This document shows positions 28,967 to 31,200 of a stretch of 31,200 nt of DNA, piece by piece. The stretch comes from a virus. The stretch is taken from positions 1 to 31,200 of IMG/VR virus record IMGVR_UViG_3300045988_101844. The stretch is one strand, 5' to 3'. Within the stretch, counting starts at the first letter, position 1, and each line of letters starts with the position of its first letter. Under the pieces are notes generated by a model that did no database searches, was not told the DNA's origin, and saw nothing but the letters and a program-made list of their open reading frames with translations. The position numbers and the translations under genes were made by a program.

Positions 28967-29228
28967 TAATTTTATCTGTTATAAAAATATCATAATATCG
29001 TTTATATGCATAATAGTATCTGCTATTCTTACTGAACCAGTTGTTTTTAAACACTCTTACAATTCAGTATTTTAATTCATTTTTGGCCAATAAACTATTT
29101 AATTTGGCATTATCTGTTTCTAGTAAAGCTAGAAGGCAAATTTGAAAACAATCATCATCCATCCTAAATTTAACCTTTAGCTCTAAGCAGAATTCATAAT
29201 ATTTGGTAAGTATTTCATTATTCGTCAT
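28914..29228 (-). CDS. hypothetical protein, 104 aa (code 4)
   Basis: Absent from the track because of TGA at 29064-29066. ATG 29228, TAG 28914-28916. Overlaps the start of the HNH gene by 53 nt. Confidence 0.45.
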
Positions 29229-29652
29229 TTCTTATATAATTACTAAATTCCGTATCTACATCTATTTTAATTGCTTTCTTTAAAGATAACTCTGTTTTTA
29301 AAGAGTATTTATATTCTCCTCCAAAATCAGTTGTACTTCTTCCATATTTCATTGAATCTTTAATAAAAGCTCTTTTTACATCTTTATAAATATAAACTCC
29401 ATCATCAAATATAATGACTAATATAGAGTTACATTTACTAAGTATATCAAACTTATCCCTGTTTATAATTGTAGTTGGATATTTATCGGATTTAAATCTT
29501 CTCCTTTTAACTTCAATTATATAATCTATATTATTCCAAGTAAATGTTCCATCATATCTGGAATAGTCGTCTTTACATCATTCTATTTCTATATTATATT
29601 TATCTTTAAATAGATTCTTTATAAAGACTAGGCTTCTTATATCTGTTTTCAT
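29218..29652 (-). CDS. putative PD-(D/E)XK-fold nuclease, 144 aa (code 4)
   Basis: Absent from the track because of TGA at 29578-29580. ATG 29652 (TAATG overlap with the upstream stop), TAA 29218-29220. Motif YDGTFTWNNIDYIIEVKRR fits D...(D/E)xK. The assignment is tentative. Confidence 0.5.
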
Positions 29653-29891
29653 TATCTTACATTATGAATTTTTAAGGTTACATCACAATACTGTTCATAT
29701 AATTCAGATACTTCTGAACTTCCAGGATTATGCCACATTACAGAGTCTAATTTATGCTGGAGTTCTGCCTGTTCTAATCTAAGCTCAAATGTTTTAGTTT
29801 GGTAGTCTCCATAAGCATTATATACTCTAATACCAGCTATAATAAAGCTAAGTACTAATAATCCAGCTAATATTTTATTTATCTTTTTCAT
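29652..29891 (-). CDS. small membrane-anchored protein, 79 aa
   Basis: Track ORF 29652..29933. I prefer the start at ATG 29891 (MKKINKILAGLLVLSFIIAGI) because the upstream gene ends at 29903. Confidence 0.5.
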   Translation of the reverse strand: MKKINKILAGLLVLSFIIAGIRVYNAYGDYQTKTFELRLEQAELQHKLDSVMWHNPGSSEVSELYEQYCDVTLKIHNVR

Positions 29892-29902
29892 AATTAAATA
29901 TA

Positions 29903-30082
29903 TTAGAAAGAAATACCTAAACCAAAAAACCAAGAGGATTTCTTTACCTTTTCATTGGTTTCAATCTCCTTTAATGCCTCATTACATAATTCTTGAGCTT
30001 TCTCAATAGAACCATCTTCAGTAATCTTACCATCTAATATATCAAGAAAATATTCAAGTGCTTCAATTTGTTTAGTTTTCAT
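29903..30082 (-). CDS. hypothetical small protein, 59 aa
   Basis: ATG 30082, TAA 29903-29905. It is the first ORF downstream of promoter 30128..30158. Confidence 0.4.
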   Translation of the reverse strand: MKTKQIEALEYFLDILDGKITEDGSIEKAQELCNEALKEIETNEKVKKSSWFFGLGISF

Positions 30083-30127
30083 AATTTATAAAGTTTAATT
30101 GTTAATATTATGTCTTTTATTGTAATA

Positions 30128-30158
30128 CAAAAGTAATAAAATATTTTTAATTCTCAAA
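30128..30158 (-). promoter_or_regulatory. Bacteroidota-type promoter (-33 TTTG, 19-nt spacer, -7 TAnnTTTG)
   Basis: The minus strand reads TTTG (30158-30155), 19 nt, then TACTTTTG (30135-30128). This lies 45 nt upstream of ATG 30082. Confidence 0.55.
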
Positions 30159-30179
30159 ATATTTTGACAATCATTTTTA

Positions 30180-30926
30180 TTAAAAATCAAAAATATCTTT
30201 ATTATCATATTCAATATCCTGCTTTCTATCTAATCCAAATAAACCAGCAAGTATATCATTGTAGATATTATTAGCCTTTGGACTTAAATAAAGCTTATTC
30301 TTTACAAAATAAACTGTCTGCTTATATAATTTATTATCTGAAGGAGTTGAAAGAACATTCTTAATAGTTCTAATATTTTGCTCATTTAAATGTACTACTT
30401 CATTCTTAATAAATTCTTCATATCTTATCTGGTAACCATCTTCTACTTTATCTAAGTAAAATCCATATTCTTTCAGCTTATTAAGCTTATTATTTAACAA
30501 ATTATATGTAATACCTAATTCTGAGGCTATATCTTTCTTATTTAATCTAATTTTTAAAGTATCATCAAATGCTAAACTTCTAATTCTTAAGGCAAGTCCT
30601 AATAAATTGAGATCCTTATCAATATTATTTATTACAAAATCCAATTTAACCATAAAAAATGTATTTATTATTGATTTATAGGTATTAGTCTTTATAACAT
30701 TACCATTATCTTTAATTATAACTTTAGTAGAACAGTCTAATAACTCTGATTTATAAAGATGACTATTCATCTTCTTAATATAATCTACAGAGCATTTTAA
30801 ACACTTTGCAAAGTAATCTCTTGTGTATACTTTATTCTGAAGCTGTATATAAGACTGTAATGCCATATAATATGCTTCTTTATCATTCAAATCTTTTACT
30901 CGTTTGTCAATTTTTAAATAAATCAT
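30180..30926 (-). CDS. putative DNA-binding (winged-helix-like) protein; possible replication initiator or regulator, 248 aa
   Basis: Intact track ORF. HTH-like segment LNKKDIASELGITYNLLNNKLNKLKEYGF. Sits directly downstream of the repeat-rich region 30927..31161. Function is inferred from context only. Confidence 0.5.
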   Translation of the reverse strand: MIYLKIDKRVKDLNDKEAYYMALQSYIQLQNKVYTRDYFAKCLKCSVDYIKKMNSHLYKSELLDCSTKVIIKDNGNVIKTNTYKSIINTFFMVKLDFVINNIDKDLNLLGLALRIRSLAFDDTLKIRLNKKDIASELGITYNLLNNKLNKLKEYGFYLDKVEDGYQIRYEEFIKNEVVHLNEQNIRTIKNVLSTPSDNKLYKQTVYFVKNKLYLSPKANNIYNDILAGLFGLDRKQDIEYDNKDIFDF

Positions 30927-30937
30927 AGTGCTAAAAT
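30927..30937. repeat. 11-nt arm of a long-range inverted repeat (partner at 31088..31098)
   Basis: agtgctaaaat abuts the ATG at 30926. Its exact reverse complement attttagcact lies at 31088-31098. Confidence 0.85.
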
Positions 30938-30970
30938 TTTTCTGGAACGAAAGCTCGAAGAGCTGAGTCC

Positions 30971-31004
30971 TATAGTATTACTTTTATTATAGTATTACTT
31001 TTAT
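30971..31004. repeat. perfect tandem direct repeat, 2 x 17 nt (tatagtattacttttat)
   Basis: Units at 30971-30987 and 30988-31004 are identical. Iteron- or operator-like. Confidence 0.9.
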
Positions 31005-31008
31005 TAAT

Positions 31009-31046
31009 GGGTACTGAATCGACAGGTCGGTCGGGTACTGAATCGA
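31009..31046. repeat. direct repeat, 2 x 14 nt (gggtactgaatcga), with starts 24 nt apart
   Basis: Copies at 31009-31022 and 31033-31046, separated by caggtcggtc. Locally GC-rich in an AT-rich context. Confidence 0.9.
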
Positions 31047-31052
31047 TATATG

Positions 31053-31087
31053 TCTAAAAATAGGGTTTGGGTAGCTAATCCAAACCC
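31053..31087 (-). terminator. rho-independent terminator/attenuator
   Basis: Stem gggtttgg (31063-31070) pairs with ccaaaccc (31080-31087) around a 9-nt loop. The minus strand continues tatttttag. Confidence 0.6.
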
Positions 31088-31098
31088 ATTTTAGCACT
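31088..31098. repeat. 11-nt arm of a long-range inverted repeat (partner at 30927..30937)
   Basis: attttagcact, the exact reverse complement of 30927-30937. Confidence 0.85.
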
Positions 31099-31108
31099 AA
31101 TAAAAGTA

Positions 31109-31126
31109 GTGATTACTTCTAATCAC
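31109..31126. promoter_or_regulatory. palindromic operator-like site GTGATTA-N4-TAATCAC
   Basis: Perfect 7-bp half-sites at 31109-31115 and 31120-31126, 4 nt downstream of the -7 box of promoter 31131..31161. Confidence 0.5.
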
Positions 31127-31130
31127 AATG

Positions 31131-31161
31131 CAAAGATAACATTATTTTTTTAATCTACAAA
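31131..31161 (-). promoter_or_regulatory. Bacteroidota-type promoter (-33 TTTG, 19-nt spacer, -7 TAnnTTTG)
   Basis: The minus strand reads TTTG (31161-31158), 19 nt, then TATCTTTG (31138-31131). Confidence 0.55.
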
Positions 31162-31200
31162 ACATTTACAAGAAAAAATTAACTTTTTATTAAAAATATT

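Noticed and set aside
8-29652. TGA might encode Gly (table 25, as in Gracilibacteria/Absconditabacteria) or be simple read-through or selenocysteine.
   Set aside because: The TGA positions match Trp columns (HNH NLxW, GIY-YIG RW.NG and Y.W..FE, M15 SW.H). In one paralog TGA replaces the TGG found in the other two (KNW/KGW). I saw no SECIS-like context, and 45 sites are too many for selenocysteine. I could not run alignment statistics.
30971-31046. The short direct repeats could be a CRISPR array.
   Set aside because: There are only two copies of each repeat. The 17-nt units are directly adjacent with no spacer, and the 14-nt units are separated by 10 nt. This is not CRISPR architecture.
30940-31100. 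I searched for a suppressor tRNA (anticodon UCA) or another tRNA in this locally GC-richer non-coding stretch and in the other intergenic gaps (6541-6640, 13356-13438, 16140-16251, 25050-25313, 30083-30179).
   Set aside because: None of these stretches folds into a cloverleaf. I found no acceptor/T-arm pairing and no GTTCGAATC-like T-loop in the right register. The GC-rich pieces are direct repeats plus one simple hairpin. A suppressor tRNA, if it exists, must lie outside this window.

Overview
This is an AT-rich segment of a tailed phage (Caudoviricetes). Nearly all of it is one long minus-strand operon. Reading the minus strand from high to low coordinates, the order is: small and large terminase, tail and tail-tip proteins, tape-measure-like protein, XkdF-like protease, scaffold, major capsid, three receptor-binding cassettes, portal and neck proteins, then holin and endolysin. 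A short plus-strand module sits at 8..1236, and a promoter/repeat-rich control region sits at 30.9-31.2 kb.

Main result: the standard-code ORF track is fragmented because TGA is a sense codon here (Trp, translation table 4). I translated every gap by hand and found 45 in-frame TGA codons in 21 of the 41 CDS I call. Joining same-frame fragments across them gives long, tightly packed genes of 922, 1118, 726 and 870 aa, plus an intact TerL. TGA falls on family-conserved Trp positions in HNH, GIY-YIG, peptidase M15, XkdF and BACON-like domains. No CDS ends in TGA (38 TAA, 3 TAG).

The host is probably a walled, standard-code Bacteroidota, so the code looks phage-specific. The evidence is a peptidoglycan lysis cassette, BACON-like domains, two exact TTTG-N19-TAnnTTTG promoters and no Shine-Dalgarno sequences.

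Other notable points:
- The capsid module is free of TGA codons and richer in GC.
- Five recoded homing or HNH endonucleases are present.
- The receptor-binding cassette is triplicated.
- A 48-nt intergenic element occurs twice, in opposite orientations.
- A promoter/operator/terminator/repeat leader carries an 11-nt long-range complement to a start-codon region.

I found no tRNA, rRNA or CRISPR array in this window.
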